Of a stretch of DNA of 64,000 nt, positions 51,142 through 64,000 are shown one piece after another. The stretch is taken from positions 73,966,001 to 74,030,000 of the forward strand of contig NW_025963890.1 in assembly GCF_023055435.1 (NCBI RefSeq), written 5' to 3'. A program made the translations under genes and the position numbers. Numbering within the stretch: position 1 is the stretch's first letter; each line of letters starts with the position of its first letter. This DNA is from Haliotis rufescens. Taxonomy: Eukaryota. Below the pieces are notes generated by a model, which saw nothing but the letters and a program-made list of their open reading frames with translations, did no database searches and was not told the origin of the DNA.

Positions 51142-51514
51142 TACCGTATTTCCTCTATTAGACGCCCGGGCTTCTATTTATTTCGGACAAGCCTTTGACC
51201 CGGCGTCAATTAGAGGCCCGACTTCTACTAATATCATATCAGAGAAAAGGAGTCCTCATTATGTAATTTAGGTCCCAAAAAGGGATAATTAATTGTATCA
51301 ATTGATCGACCCGGCGTCTATTGGAGGCCCGGCTCCTATTAATACCCCCAAGAGAAAGGGAGTCCTCATTGTGTAATTTAGGTCCCAAAAAGGGATAATT
51401 AATTGTATCAATTGATCGACCCGGCGTCTATCAGAGGCCCGGCTTCTATTTTTTGCACTGAACAATTGACCCGGCTTCTATTATAGGCCGGCGTCTAATA
51501 GAGGAAATACGGTA
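51142..51514. mobile_element. Tc1/pogo-type MITE with internal direct repeats
   Basis: TIRs TACCGTATTTCCTCTATTAGACGCC / GGCGTCTAATAGAGGAAATACGGTA. Confidence 0.85.
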
Positions 51515-53559
51515 GTCGCCTTTTAGGGCAAGCATGGGTTAGTGAAGACCTGTTCCACCCCGGATCTTCACGGGTCGATTAAGTGAGTAGTTGGTGTTTG
51601 GGTTAGATTGTGAGTGAGGTGGGATGAGGTGAGTGAGTGGGTTTAACGCGGCTTCCAACAGTATCCCAGTTATATCACACCGTGTCAGCTTAACGTGGTA
51701 AAAATCCGAATAGACGTAGGTCTCAGACCTTTACCAATGTGGCGGAACCCACCAGCTTGGGTATGGTGCTGTCAAATGGAGGAATATAATTTGGGTGAAT
51801 CGGGATTCTAACCCACGATCATAGGGTCGTGGCTGGCCCAAGGGACGCAACTCTGCACAGCGAATTGCAACACTTTAGACGACTGGGCCACCATTGCCCC
51901 TTTTCAAGTACAGGTGCTTAATGAATAAGAACTTCTGCTCTAGTGGAGGATCTTCTGGAGAGCTGAAGGTTGGCGGTTCCATGCCATTGTAGCACCATAC
52001 CTAAAGAGGTTAAAAGATGGTACTTCTTGTTAGCCTGCCTGGCGCTCGGCATTACATAACAAAACAATGACTGGTCAGCTCTATTCAGTTTTCTGTGTCG
52101 GAGTGGTGTCCATGTTAACTGCCATATGGTACAGTGGGATAGCACTATAAAAACAGCATAAGTGCACAAATCTTGTTAAACCCCATTTCCACCTATCACC
52201 AACTATCATTGGTCAAATGTCATGATTCTTCTGTTCGAATGTTCTGCTGCAATCCTAGTGCAGTCTTGACATCGGAAGGCTCACATGGTTGCCAAAATAT
52301 TTCATCTTTGTTGAATGTCTGTACATAGTCATCAAAGTCATGAAGTAAAAACAAAACTGAGATAATTTAAGGAATTTTATTTCAAAACAAAAACATTATC
52401 ATATATAATTATTGTGTCGGTAAATTTCATTTTAATATTTTGGTCACTACATTACATAGAAGCTGCCTTTTATTATCATATGTATAAACGACGACCAAAC
52501 AAACTGTCATATTCTCTCCATTTCTACACAAGAAGAAGTAAAATTCTAAGCAAACAAACAAACAAACAAACAGGACTGTGTACGACAATGATGATTGGTT
52601 GATGAGTAGATGTGTGGTGAATGAGCCACTTGTACTTCTGAGAGCGGAAGGTTGGTGATTCAATGCCCTGGTAGCGTCATACCTAAAGAGGTAAAAAAAT
52701 GGTAATTCTTGTTGCCCTTCCTGGTGCTCGGCATTAAGTGAATAAAACAATAACTGTTTGGCCCAGAGTCAGTATGCTGGGGTATCCATGATATACTGTT
52801 GTATGGTATCTTGATGGGATAGCACCATGAAATCAGCAGAAGTGCAATAATTTTAATACAGACTTCTGACAGTCATAGCACTAGGACCCCTTAGTAGAAC
52901 AGTCCCCTGATTGTGATCACATTCAACATTTTCACTGGCTTTAAACAAGGACATAAATCCGAATAGATACCTGAAAAATCAGGTTGACACCTATGCCATA
53001 TTTCATTACATAATGAGTATAATAATAGAAACAATAATAAAAGTAATAACATTAACATAGAATTCAATAGATATCACAGAGAATACATTGAATATAGGCA
53101 CTCTTTCTTAATTTACAAAATTATTTCATTCATTTAAAAGGGTTCAGCAAGACTACATGTATTATTAATAATTTCTAACACACAATCTACTTCTATGGTC
53201 CATACAGTGAAAAGATATATGGCATTTCTACAACTCGCATCACTCCCAGTAATTGGTAAGCTTCTTGAAATATCTTTTTTTCTTTCTTCACATGAACACA
53301 AAATGTCTGGTTCTGCAGACTGCTTACCCTGAACATCTAATCATATGGGTGGGTCACAGGTGTGCAGTCTTTGTTTTCCTTGTTCCTTGTTTTGGCTGGT
53401 GGGATGTGATCATATGAGGAAATGGTTGCAATATCCTGAGGTTAAGTAGAATTCCAGATAAATGGATACCCTAGGCCCCGTCCCTTACATTGCCACTGAA
53501 TCTCAATAACAAACATGGACTGTATTGGAGCCAGGAGGAGCTATTATATCTATCAATAT

Positions 53560-53775
53560 GACCAGTATAGACCAGTGTAGACTAGTGTAGACTAGTGTAG
53601 ACCAGTGTAGACCAGTATGGACCAGTGTAGACCTGCATGCTTCACATGACTGAATGACTGAGAGTGAGTGAAAGGTTTAAACCAAAGTGAACCAGTGAAA
53701 ACCAGTGTAGGTCAGTGTAAACCAGCAAAGGCCAGTGTGAACCAGTGTAAACCAGTAAAGGCCATTGTAAACCAG
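53560..53775 (+). repeat. 10-bp-unit simple repeat (ACCAGTGTAG variants)
   Basis: Directly visible. Confidence 0.75.
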
Positions 53776-54230
53776 GGGTGATCAAGATAAACCACACTAC
53801 CCTGCTCTGCCTTGAAAAAGATTGTTAACAACAGTATCCTTTATGTGACAATTTAGAATGAGTGAGTGAATGTTATTAAGACCACAGAACATATGAATCC
53901 CAAATTTGAAAAAAATAATCTTTTCGACATTTTAGATGACAATGAGTCAATGTCCCAGTTCTCCATCCACTGCTGTGTCTGACAACCACTTTGACTAATA
54001 TAAACACACTGCTGCATCAATGTGACCTTGTGTTTGCTCCTGGTACTACAAAACTGCACTAAAAGCGGAACTTTGTTCAACTACATTAAATTCACAAGAG
54101 CTTGCTTAAGTTGGGTGAGCACTTTAGCAATATTCCAGACATACCATGGCAAGGGGACACCAGAAGATGTACCATGCGGGGATGATAAGCCAAGGCTGTG
54201 TAAAACCATACTCACTCACTCACTCATTCA

Positions 54231-57200
54231 TTAACTAGAATTGACAGAGGGTATAACAAGGTCTACTTTTTCTCCTAGACGTTCTCTAAGTGATTTTATG
54301 TCTGCTTCAGTAAGGTTGCAACCTTCAAGGATGAGGTTACGAAGAGTAGGAGCTGCAGCCAGCTGGGTCAGGCCCTCCAGATTGATCTGACTGCAATAGG
54401 AGAGATTCAGACTCTGCAGCTCCTTCAGAGCCCCGGCTATCGTCCCGAGACTCGACTGGCTCATCTGCCCACATTTTGACAGGTTTAGATGCTCCAGATG
54501 AGGTAGATTGCGGCACATGTGGTGGATGGTGAGATCTGAGCAAGCTGTATCAGACAGCTCCAGATGGGTAAGGTCTGTGAGCGTGGTAACAATCTTCTCA
54601 AAACCTGGATCCGTTGCACGGTAGCAATGATTCAGGACAAGATGTTTCAAATTGGGGAACTTCTCTGCGATGTCAATTAGATCAAACCTGTCAACGCGAG
54701 AACATTTTGTGAGGTCAAGTTCTGTAAGGTCAAGGTCAGTTGATGTGTTTAGCCAGCGTGGTGTCCATGAACACTGGTTCATTGTCAGATGTTTCAAGGA
54801 GCGTGGCAGGTTTTTGCAGTTTAGATTGTCTGTGTTGCATTTCACCAAGGTCAAGGACACCATTTTAGGACATCTCTCTTGCAGATCCAGTAGCATTGCA
54901 TCAGATAAGGAATGCTTCTTCCATTTGGTGGATTCTGAAAGATCAAGGATGTCAATAGTTATCATGGTTATGAACCTGTGCTTTCTTCATCTCCAATAAA
55001 ATATTTCCACCTTAAACATTTCAACATACATATTTGGTCATAGAAACACTTCGAAAATCTTCCATTGTGTTCTGCCATGTACAGGGAGCACGGATGGACA
55101 AGTCTTGTGAGGCGATGCCATTATCTTTGCAGAGTTGCACCCCTTGGGCATGCCAGAAACCTATGACTGTGGTTTCGAATCCTTCTAGCCACGATTATGT
55201 TTCTAGGTTTGTCAGCACCATACCCGTGCTCGTGGGTTTCAACAAAGTGGTAAATGTCTAAGCCCTGCATCACTTCGGACGTTTCTCCCACAGAAGTGGC
55301 ATTAAACTGAACTCACTCAACCACTCTTCAATGTGATACTGTCATAAATATATATATATACCGTACATCACCGTCTATAAAGCGACCCCATGTATAAGGC
55401 GACCCCCTGTACAAGCCTTCAAAATCAATGCTAATTTATATATCCCGTCTATAAATCGAATCTAAATGAAGCATGTCTTCAGCACATACACAATCCCTAC
55501 ATTTGCAATAAAAACGTGTTTGTCTTCCGCAGAAAAACATTACATCTATCCATTAAGCAAATTCAGGGAAACGAACAGATCAAGAAATTAAACTTTGCCA
55601 ATACAAATTCAAAATGAGGGATAAAACATCACGAGACATGATAATTTACCGATTAAATTGTACTTCCTGTTCTGCTAGGCATTGTGTTATAAGCAGATTC
55701 AGACTACCGTTTGTATAGTCTCGTAAACTAAGCCGGAAGTAGCAGCCAGCTGTGCACACCTTTTTTTTAATCTGCCGGTGATTCGGTTAAAAATTACCCA
55801 ATAACATAACTTTAAAGAATGTCTGTACAATGATCGGGTGAATTGTTTCTGAAACTATTATTTTATCAGGAATAATTTATTCCAATATCATGTTATCTAA
55901 GTTGCAGCTTTACTATATATATTTGAAATATATGTTCTGGTGCCGTTGTGTCATAGGATTGCCCACAGTCACAGTCACTTTTACAGTAAAAGCGACACAA
56001 CCCTTTCCATAGCCACAAGGAATCTCTGCTGAAAGCAGGGTCCATAGTACGGTTCCGACTGTATCATGAGCATGTAGTTATGAATCACCATCAAATAGTG
56101 ATGATACCATGAGCATATCCTGAGGAGAGCATATCCTGCCCCACTGGTGACATCCATCACAAACACATGCAAAGGCATGAAAAAACCTCGGAACATATGA
56201 AACTAGTCCAAATAAAAAAAACCTGATTAGGTGGCAAAATTTAATTATATTTCTTATTTCGATTCCCAAAAACTACTAATTTTTAAAAAAACGATAACAA
56301 TGACATAAACACATAATAATGATTAAAAAGAATTACCCGATAATGAATAGCAATGCTTGTTGTGAGAACTGGTAACATCAAAAAGTGCAATTTTAGAATG
56401 GAAAGAAATTACAGAAAGGCAGAAAGAGAGATCAAACTTTTCATGCAAAAAAAAAACCCCAAACATTAGCAGTCAGGATAGAGATTATGGTCAGGTTAAT
56501 TCTTTGGGTCAGTTGGTGTCAACAAGCAGGAATGCTGAATTTGGGGGCTATTATGGTAACCGGCACTTACTTGGGTCACAGAAGCCCCCCAGCTTCATTG
56601 TCAGGAGACATTCGGAGAAGTGAGCCCGCATCACCTTCCACAGCTTGTTGAGGCTGAGAACATACGGCAGCAGATCAACATGGCGCCACAGGGAGTTGTC
56701 TTGAACAATACGGCGCCATCTTCTACACACTCTGAAAATACAGTTTCATTTCTTTCAAGATTTTTGTCAATTTGTCAAGTCTCACCAAGTTGATGCCTTA
56801 TTTTCACAACATCCCATTCACTAAAGGTAATTTATTATGCGGTGGGGGTCGGTGTGGCATATTGTTTTGATTGACCCCACTCCATTTAACGCAACATTTT
56901 TACATGAACCCCACCCCATACATGTCACATTTCTTCATGACCCTGTATAATAAAAGAGCAGCCTGTAATTAATGTTCAAATATATAAAGATTCTCACCTG
57001 AGTGTCTTTTGATATCAAATATATCAACATAAGTTAATAAAAGAGGGAAAACACCGATGCTTGCCGAGGACTTTTTCCTCTTTTATCAACGAGTGTTGAT
57101 AAATTTGATATCAAAAGACACGAGGGTGAGATTTTATTTATCATCCAACATCATTCTTTCAACTTTTTCAGTATATAGACAGTAATAAGAAGTGTCTTAA

Positions 57201-60200
57201 GTGTAAAAAATACTACTTACAGCTTCAGTAGCAGAACCATTAGTGATGTCATTTGATCGTGACGTCATGGTAACCAATGACAACACAATGGTCTACAAAT
57301 CATTGTGATGCAATTTCATTGCAGCGATATCTACAGTGTAGATATCGCTTGATCTCACCCAAGCGATATCTCCTGTGGGAGCCAGTTTTGGATGATAAAT
57401 AAAACTCTCACCACCTACACCACCCACCTGAACGATGAGTTCACCAGATAATTGACCCAGTGGAAAATGCTGAGTAATATTTATGATTACATTAACATGA
57501 TCAGATGCGTTTCTGATATACATGATAATTCATATTATCATGTTTATGATTCATATCTAATTATCATACCTCAACATCATTCAAACAGCTGTTACAGTGC
57601 AGGGGTCCTATCGGAAGCAAACACTAATGACATACAACACAGGTTTTATACACTGGCAATTAATCTTACAGTTCCATGAACTAGAAAACAAGAATTACTC
57701 CTGACTACTGTATCAATGCATCAAATGTTAAAATAATACAGTTTGGATGTCCCTTGTGAATATGTCTATTGTGATGGTGATACACACCCCAGCTTACTGT
57801 GGAGCATATTCCTAGAGCAGGTGTCATCAACAGGAGTTGCCACAAGTCACTTTCACTTTACTGACACATAATTCATAGTATAGTGTTTTTCTCATAATTT
57901 TGTAATCTAATTGTGCAACTTGACAATTTTGTAATAACATCCTTGCTAGCTTCTATGGTTGGAATTTGTCCATTTTTACTAAAATGTACAACATGTTATA
58001 GACCGATTTAAAATAGGTTTTCAGCAACCCATGCTTGCTGTAAGAGGTGACTATGCTTGTCGTAAGAAGCGACTAACAGGATCGGGTGGTCAGGCTTGCT
58101 GACTTGGTTGGTGCATGTCATTGCGTTGATTGATGTTCATGATATCAATTACCAATTGATTACTGGATAGTCTGGTCCAGACTTGATTATCTACCGACCG
58201 CCGTTATATAGCTGGAATATTGCTGCGTGCAGTGTTAAACAACAAACAAACAAACATGTCATAGCAGATATAGGAAGGACTGCATTGAACTCACATTTAA
58301 GCCGTGTAACCAGCTTGCAGCAAGACTTGGCTCATGTAGTGCTTGTCTGCTTTGTGTGCATAGGAGTCCACTTTTTTTTGCAAACTCACCACTTGATAAC
58401 AAAAGGAATGGATTCACCTCAGATTACATTGGACTAAGTTTATTTTAGAGAAGTGACAAAGCAAACCCGAACCTTGGCACACACCTATCCCTAAGTGAGA
58501 AAGTGAGTGAGTTGGGTTTCACACCGGTTTGAACAGTATTCCAGTTATATCACGGCGTGTCAGCTTGTTGCAAGGGGACAGCACGAAATGATGCAAGTGG
58601 CTAATAGGATAGCGAAGATGTCAGATCCTACTTAGATATTTACCACTTTCGTGAAACCCACAACCACAGGTATGTTGCTCACAAACCTAAAAACCTATGT
58701 ACAAATCTGGGATTCGAATCCAGATCGTATGTTTCTGGCACAACCTAAGGGAGGCAACTCCGCACACTGAATTGCGACGTTGTGCCAACATTCCTTTAGG
58801 ATAGATAGGATAGGGGTACATAACCATGCTTACACTAATGATCCTAATGAGGTATTGATATTATTTAAATGGGATTCTGTTGCAAGGGCGATAAAGGAAA
58901 ACCTAGCAATTTGAGCTAACCTTCCCAAAACCTAACTTAAAGGGGCACTGATCTAACGGACTGGTTGTTGCCTTTGTTATTGTTTTTCCCCCGTGAGTAC
59001 CCGGATGATACGCAACGCAACTGAGCGTGACCAGAGACTGGGGTACCGTCTGCAAGGACAGCTAAATAAACTTGGAGGCTGGAGGCAATATTTGTTTTAC
59101 GCATTTTTGAACACTGATTGGTTAACTGTGATCTATAAAGATTTCGACAAAGGGCGCATGTTAATTCATTTCTTCAGCCTAAACAAACAGACAAAAAGAA
59201 CAAGGGAGCTCATCGGATGTCGTCATTTGGAAATACCCCAGATGGTTATAGTTTAATACTAAAAACAGTATCCATGCAGTGAAAGCATTTTCGGATTTCG
59301 GATTGCGTCGATAATACGATTACTACTCCCTTGTTGTCATCCACGTTTTCTCGTATAACCCTACACTTGTGTATTTGTCGTCATTCACTTGATGCTCAGT
59401 TAATGAATTTATTACAGGTACAATTAGTGGTAGCACCACTTATATTACCTGACAAAGGTTCCCATTTGGCATTTATTGTGTCTGGGGTAATTATTCAATC
59501 TAAATCCAGGTTTGAAGTGAGGTGAAATGTGTGTTATGTAATATGCACGTGGCAGCCCAGCAAGAGATGAATGATCAGTTGATTTACTTTTTTTGTAAAT
59601 CAACGGATCGTTCCTAGTCATCAAAGGATTAACAGAAAATACGTTGATTGATTAATCACTGTTATCTTGCACAGTGGATATGTCAAGAGTGAGTGTTTAC
59701 ATGTCTAGGTTTACTAAAACAAAGGGAATACACTCATATCATGGCGCGAAGTGCCGATGTAAAAACAACATACTTTGTTCAAAGGGTTAACTGATAATAC
59801 GTTGATTGATTGATCATTGTTATCTATCACTCAATGGAATTTTTAGGAACCGTGGATGCTATGAAAATAGTTGTCACGTGGGCTTTCTCAGCCGACCATT
59901 GAGACTTGACACCTATGTAAAACACCTGAAACAATCCAAGCGATCAGTTGAGAAACGAACACGGGTTATAATATCCTGAAACGATATATATCTTTTAAAA
60001 TATTTGATTGTTACTGAGACACGTGACATCGAATAAGTTTCTTTGTACAGCTGCAGACGAGTGGGATATTGTTCCTTTGTGTGGATTTTAACGGATACAT
60101 TCCTCGAACAAGGAAGCTGCCTAAAACTTATACACATAAATTTGGTAGGTTGTAATTATGATATCTGCATTTTGTTTTCCTTCATTTGAACCGATTCGTT

Positions 60201-61587
60201 CTTGTCACTCTACGTCTTGGTTGGGAAATTCTTCAATGCGCGATAGACGTTGTTTTCACAGGTCTTTTCCTATGTAAGCGTGTATATATTACCGTCAATT
60301 TGTAAAATGTGATTCTCTCAGGCAATTTATAAAATGTGTAAATATTTCAGTCATTTTGACCAAAAAATCTGTCCAGATTGATCAAGACGATCAAAAGGGC
60401 CTACAAACATCACAACAGATTATTATGTAGGATTAAAAGCCAAACAACTTTGAAATGTACTTTTCAACGTTACATTTTCAGTCTCTTGGTGATGACATTA
60501 AACATCAAAATGTTTGGAATTCGTTATCATAATAATACAGATGGAAATGTTTTTCAGTCACTTTGTAAAATAACTGAATATTTAGACGTTTAATAAATTT
60601 GTTACACATTTGACAGTAAAAAAAAATACACACTATAAAAAAAGCAATGCTCAGGTGAAATATGTACTTTGTGTTGCAAGTCAAAATAGTGTAAACGAAA
60701 ATCGCAAAATTACCAAGCAAGTGACTTATCAAAACTTCGTCACCATTACCGATGCTACCCACAAAGATACCTACATTTCCTTATTATCTCGAAAACTATT
60801 TCATTTTGTTGATCAATGTGACCACACGCCCTTATTACTACCCATAAAAGTGACTAATGCGCTTACGAATGGCGCAGCTGAGGTCGCGAACTAGTCTAGA
60901 TTTCTGGTATACATCCGGGTATTCACTGGGAAAAAACAATAACAAAGGCAACAACCAGTCCCGGGGAATTGCGTTAGATCAGTGCCCCTTTAACTATTGG
61001 TCTACGAGGATCAAATAGGCATGAGAAATCTGTGGAGAGTGAGCCACAGCTGGAGCTAATTATTGCAATGGCTTTGCACCTGTTTCTTGTCATTGGTTTA
61101 CCTAAAGTAAGCTGCCAACCACAAGGAATTGGTCAACACGATCAAATCATTGGATGAAGCGATTAGCTATAATTTGGCTGTACACATCAAACTGGTTAGA
61201 TAGATGCAGGAAAAATGAAATTGCAGTCAAAGACAATCTTTGAAAAACTACTTCGTTTGCCAAACATCATGCAGATCAAATTATTAATGATTAATTCTGA
61301 TAACATGGAGACAATTGTTTCAGTTTCAATACTTTCATAGAGATGAAATGTAGGCCTACATCAGGTCCTGTACATCTAAACATGCTAAATGACACTAATT
61401 ATTGCTTACATTCATTATTTTATTTCAGTTCGGAAATGCGTTCTTATCCTCATATATATTGTCGGTAGGAGGCAAATATGTTTGCTCACCTGCCGGAGAT
61501 GCAGCGATATTTGACAGGAAGATAAGCCAATATTTCTAGTATGATGTTATCCGGAAGCGAGTTCATGCCTACATTGGGGGCCGCCAT
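54231..61587 (-). CDS. FBXL12: F-box/LRR protein 12-like; exons 61587-61490, 56731-56571, 54934-54231 (320 aa)
   Basis: F-box LPDNIILEILAYLPVKYRCISGR|VCRRWRRIVQDNSLWRHVDLLPY, then MKLGGF and QERCPKM, as remembered for FBXL12. These are followed by cysteine-containing LRRs (LxxLxLxxC). Intron phases 2,1 are consistent. Confidence 0.8.
56985..57412. mobile_element. Palindromic MITE-like repeat (related fragment at ~39018-39100)
   Basis: Inverted repeats CTCACC...GTGTCTTTTGATATCAAAT / ATTTGATATCAAAAGACAC...GGTGAG and TTTATTTATCATCC / GGATGATAAATAAA. Confidence 0.55.
58940..60990 (-). mobile_element. Second copy of the ~2-kb non-autonomous DNA transposon, in FBXL12 intron 1
   Basis: Same TIRs (AAGGGGCACTGATCTAA... 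/ ...TTAGATCAGTGCCCCTT). Inverted relative to 47012-49940 and lacks the nested insert. Confidence 0.85.
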
Positions 61588-62432
61588 TTTGATACATAGG
61601 ATCACATGATACTTATATGTACGCTTCCAATATTTCCAGTACAGAAGCGTAAAAACTCTACTTAAACGCATTCGAACATTTTATGATAACATATCCTACC
61701 AGGAAAGTTTCTATGGTTTTCAAGGTGATTAACTACTTAGTTTTCGAATAAATCTTTGATAAACGTTTTGTGAACAAGGGAGGTAACTCTTGCAGTGGCA
61801 CGAATGACAGCAGTTGTGTGCCAGTTCGACTGCAGGTCAAAGGGTAGATCTAGTTGGTATAAACGTGAGCGGACATTGTTTACAGTCCCCAGTGCCACCG
61901 ACGCCTGTTCCGAGTTCCTGCTGCTATCAGAGTACAGTTTTATGTCATCTGCAAGGATTTAGTTTTCTGGTTTTTTTCAGAAATTGTTTTGACGTGTGTC
62001 GCAAAATTGTATTGAAAAAATGGCATAAGCAGCTGATCGAATGTATAGTATACTCATAGATCTATATTACTTGTAGACCTCTTGTTGGTCTCTTGTGAAT
62101 CATACATACTCACTCATATTATGTGTATAAATGGCAGCGTTCCATAGAAGGCCTAATTTAAATAATGTCATGTTGACAGATCCAGATAGAAAGATACCTG
62201 AGGCAGCTAGAGCATAGGAAGTAGAAAAAAACCTTCAAGTTTTGCAGATTTAAGAAGCAATATTTTTCAACAAAAGTGATTTGTTTAACAGTCTTACACA
62301 TCTAGCTTTATTGGTGGTAAAATCCCAACATGCCAACATTCTTTAGTTACCAAAACTCATTTAAATAGTGCATTTTTTTTGGCTACCACTCATTTTCTTG
62401 CCCTAGTTTCATGATCAGTCAGGAAACTTGAG

Positions 62433-62610
62433 TACAGTAAACTGCGTTTATAACGAACACGCTTATAACGAACTGACAGATTAAACAAACTGTTTCTTGG
62501 TCCCATCCATTGGCTGTATATATGCTGTAAATGTGCTGATAATGAACCACAGTTATAACGAACTAAATTTAATGGTCCCTTTTAGTTTTTTGCAACCGTA
62601 GTTTACTGTA
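62433..62610. mobile_element. Short Tc1/pogo-type MITE
   Basis: TACAGTAAACT / AGTTTACTGTA termini and TTATAACGAA subterminal repeats. Confidence 0.65.
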
Positions 62611-62642
62611 TGCCATATACATTTGTACACTAGGGTTTCTCC

Positions 62643-63063
62643 TAGGGCTGGGATGAGTCAAAATTTACTACTGAGGTACCTGACACCCTATTACCGGACC
62701 CTACCCGGGTACCCACTGCAGATCTCAAGAATTGGGAACAAAATGTCTGTTTGGGACTTGTTTTACCGCAGCCCTGGCCAAAATGATTTAGATACATGTA
62801 TCAAACAATCAGATCATGTTTACACTGAAGTTGACTGAAGCTTTATCTTTACTCGAACATATACAAGTCAAAAGGAATGTGTGCATCGTCAGAAACAAAT
62901 GCGAACATTAACGACTTGTAGTTTAACCACTGTGCTATAGTGAGTTTTTGTCATTAAAGAATGTCTCATGTGACTAACCACAGGTCCGGGCAGTCCTGTG
63001 AGTTGCCGGGTCCTACTCAGGACCCACCCGACCCGAGTACCCAAGTTACCCGTCCCAGCCCTA
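62643..63063. mobile_element. hAT-like MITE
   Basis: TAGGGCTGGGA / TCCCAGCCCTA termini, imperfect 8-bp TSD (GTTTCTCC / GTTTACCC) and ACCCG subterminal repeats. Confidence 0.6.
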
Positions 63064-64000
63064 GTTTACCCACAGATGATAATGATGCTATGGTGTTCAT
63101 GTGTTTTGGCTTGATTTCAGTTTGAATTCCAATTTGAGGAATGAAATATACTTCTGTCAAGACCAGTTGCGACTTGTCCAAAGCTAAATGATATTTTTAC
63201 CTTAATGGGACCAGGGTTAGAATAGGTTTCCAGCACTGTAAAGGTCATAACATTGGATTGGGTGGTCAGGTGAGCTGACTTGGCGTGTCATCCCCCAGCA
63301 ATGTGTGAGGTTGCTCATAATATCAGCCACCAGTTTATCTGGCTCAAACGTCATTATTTACAGGTTGGATAAAAATGTTCTGGTCCAGACTTGAGTATTT
63401 ATAGACTGTTGTGTTATAGCTGGACTATTGCTGAGTGCAGCATTATACAACAAACAAACCTACAACAAATATAGTTTTTGACACTGTTCAAAATGATGTC
63501 ATAATATGATGCAATTAGTTGACTTGTGATCATGAAATGGATATAAATATCTATATCCATACTTGAAGCATCTTCCTGAGGCAAGGGAGTTAACTGACTA
63601 TAAAAGCCAAGTTTCCACCCTTGCTGAACTAGGCTGGAATTATGTTTACATATTGGCTGGACTAACGAGTCTATCCATAGTCCAATCAAAATTGCGCAAC
63701 AAACTAGACAACCGGTTCAGAAACAACATGGATTTCAACATGCAGATATCAATTGTCTGCAGGATTTGCAAAACATGCCTACCGTCAACTGGGCGTCCAC
63801 AGATATTTTCCAAATCTTTTAAGGTTTTTAATCAAGGTGCTCAAATGATTTGATGCACTTCACGAGGTAAGACCCGTTTAATTACAATATAGATCTTGAG
63901 TATCGATCAGATCGTCTTGACTGGTCGCCAGCATTTTGTTGGCAGCAAATGCAAGTGATATGAGAGGTGGAATCTGATTGGTCAATAGAAGGTATATTAA

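Noticed and set aside
61700-64000. Divergent gene upstream of FBXL12
   Set aside because: No recognisable coding exon within the window; the short ORFs overlap MITEs or SINEs.

Overview
This is animal genomic DNA (spliceosomal GT-AG introns, tRNA-derived SINEs, Tc1 elements, a LINE). The SINE repertoire suggests a mollusc, probably a gastropod such as abalone; that is inference. The supplied ORF track ignores splicing and accepts GTG/TTG starts, so the genes were rebuilt exon by exon. The main content is a cluster of four intact, 4-coding-exon cGAS-like receptor (cGLR, Mab-21 nucleotidyltransferase) genes: A 525-3847 (+), B 22709-26939 (+), C 30607-35375 (+) and D 39140-45960 (-). All four share intron positions and keep the G-S...E-x-D...D catalytic signature. 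Their N-terminal exons are of three different types: a basic Lys/Ser-rich region with an internal ~60-aa duplication (A); one C2HC zinc finger plus ~23 or ~27 copies of a 14-aa Ser/Thr repeat (B, C); and seven tandem C2HC fingers (D). B and C come from an ~8-kb tandem duplication and are sequence mosaics with A. Between A and B lies an unbroken 7-exon, divergent G2E3-like HECT gene (-) that appears to have Ser at the catalytic Cys position; remnants of its last exon follow B and C. The interval between the HECT-like gene and cGLR-B carries consensus ISRE and NF-kB sites. The window also holds an FBXL12-like gene (-), a decayed CR1/L2-group LINE with a 2A-like peptide, two decayed Tc1 elements, nested non-autonomous DNA transposons, MITEs, many SINEs and several minisatellites.
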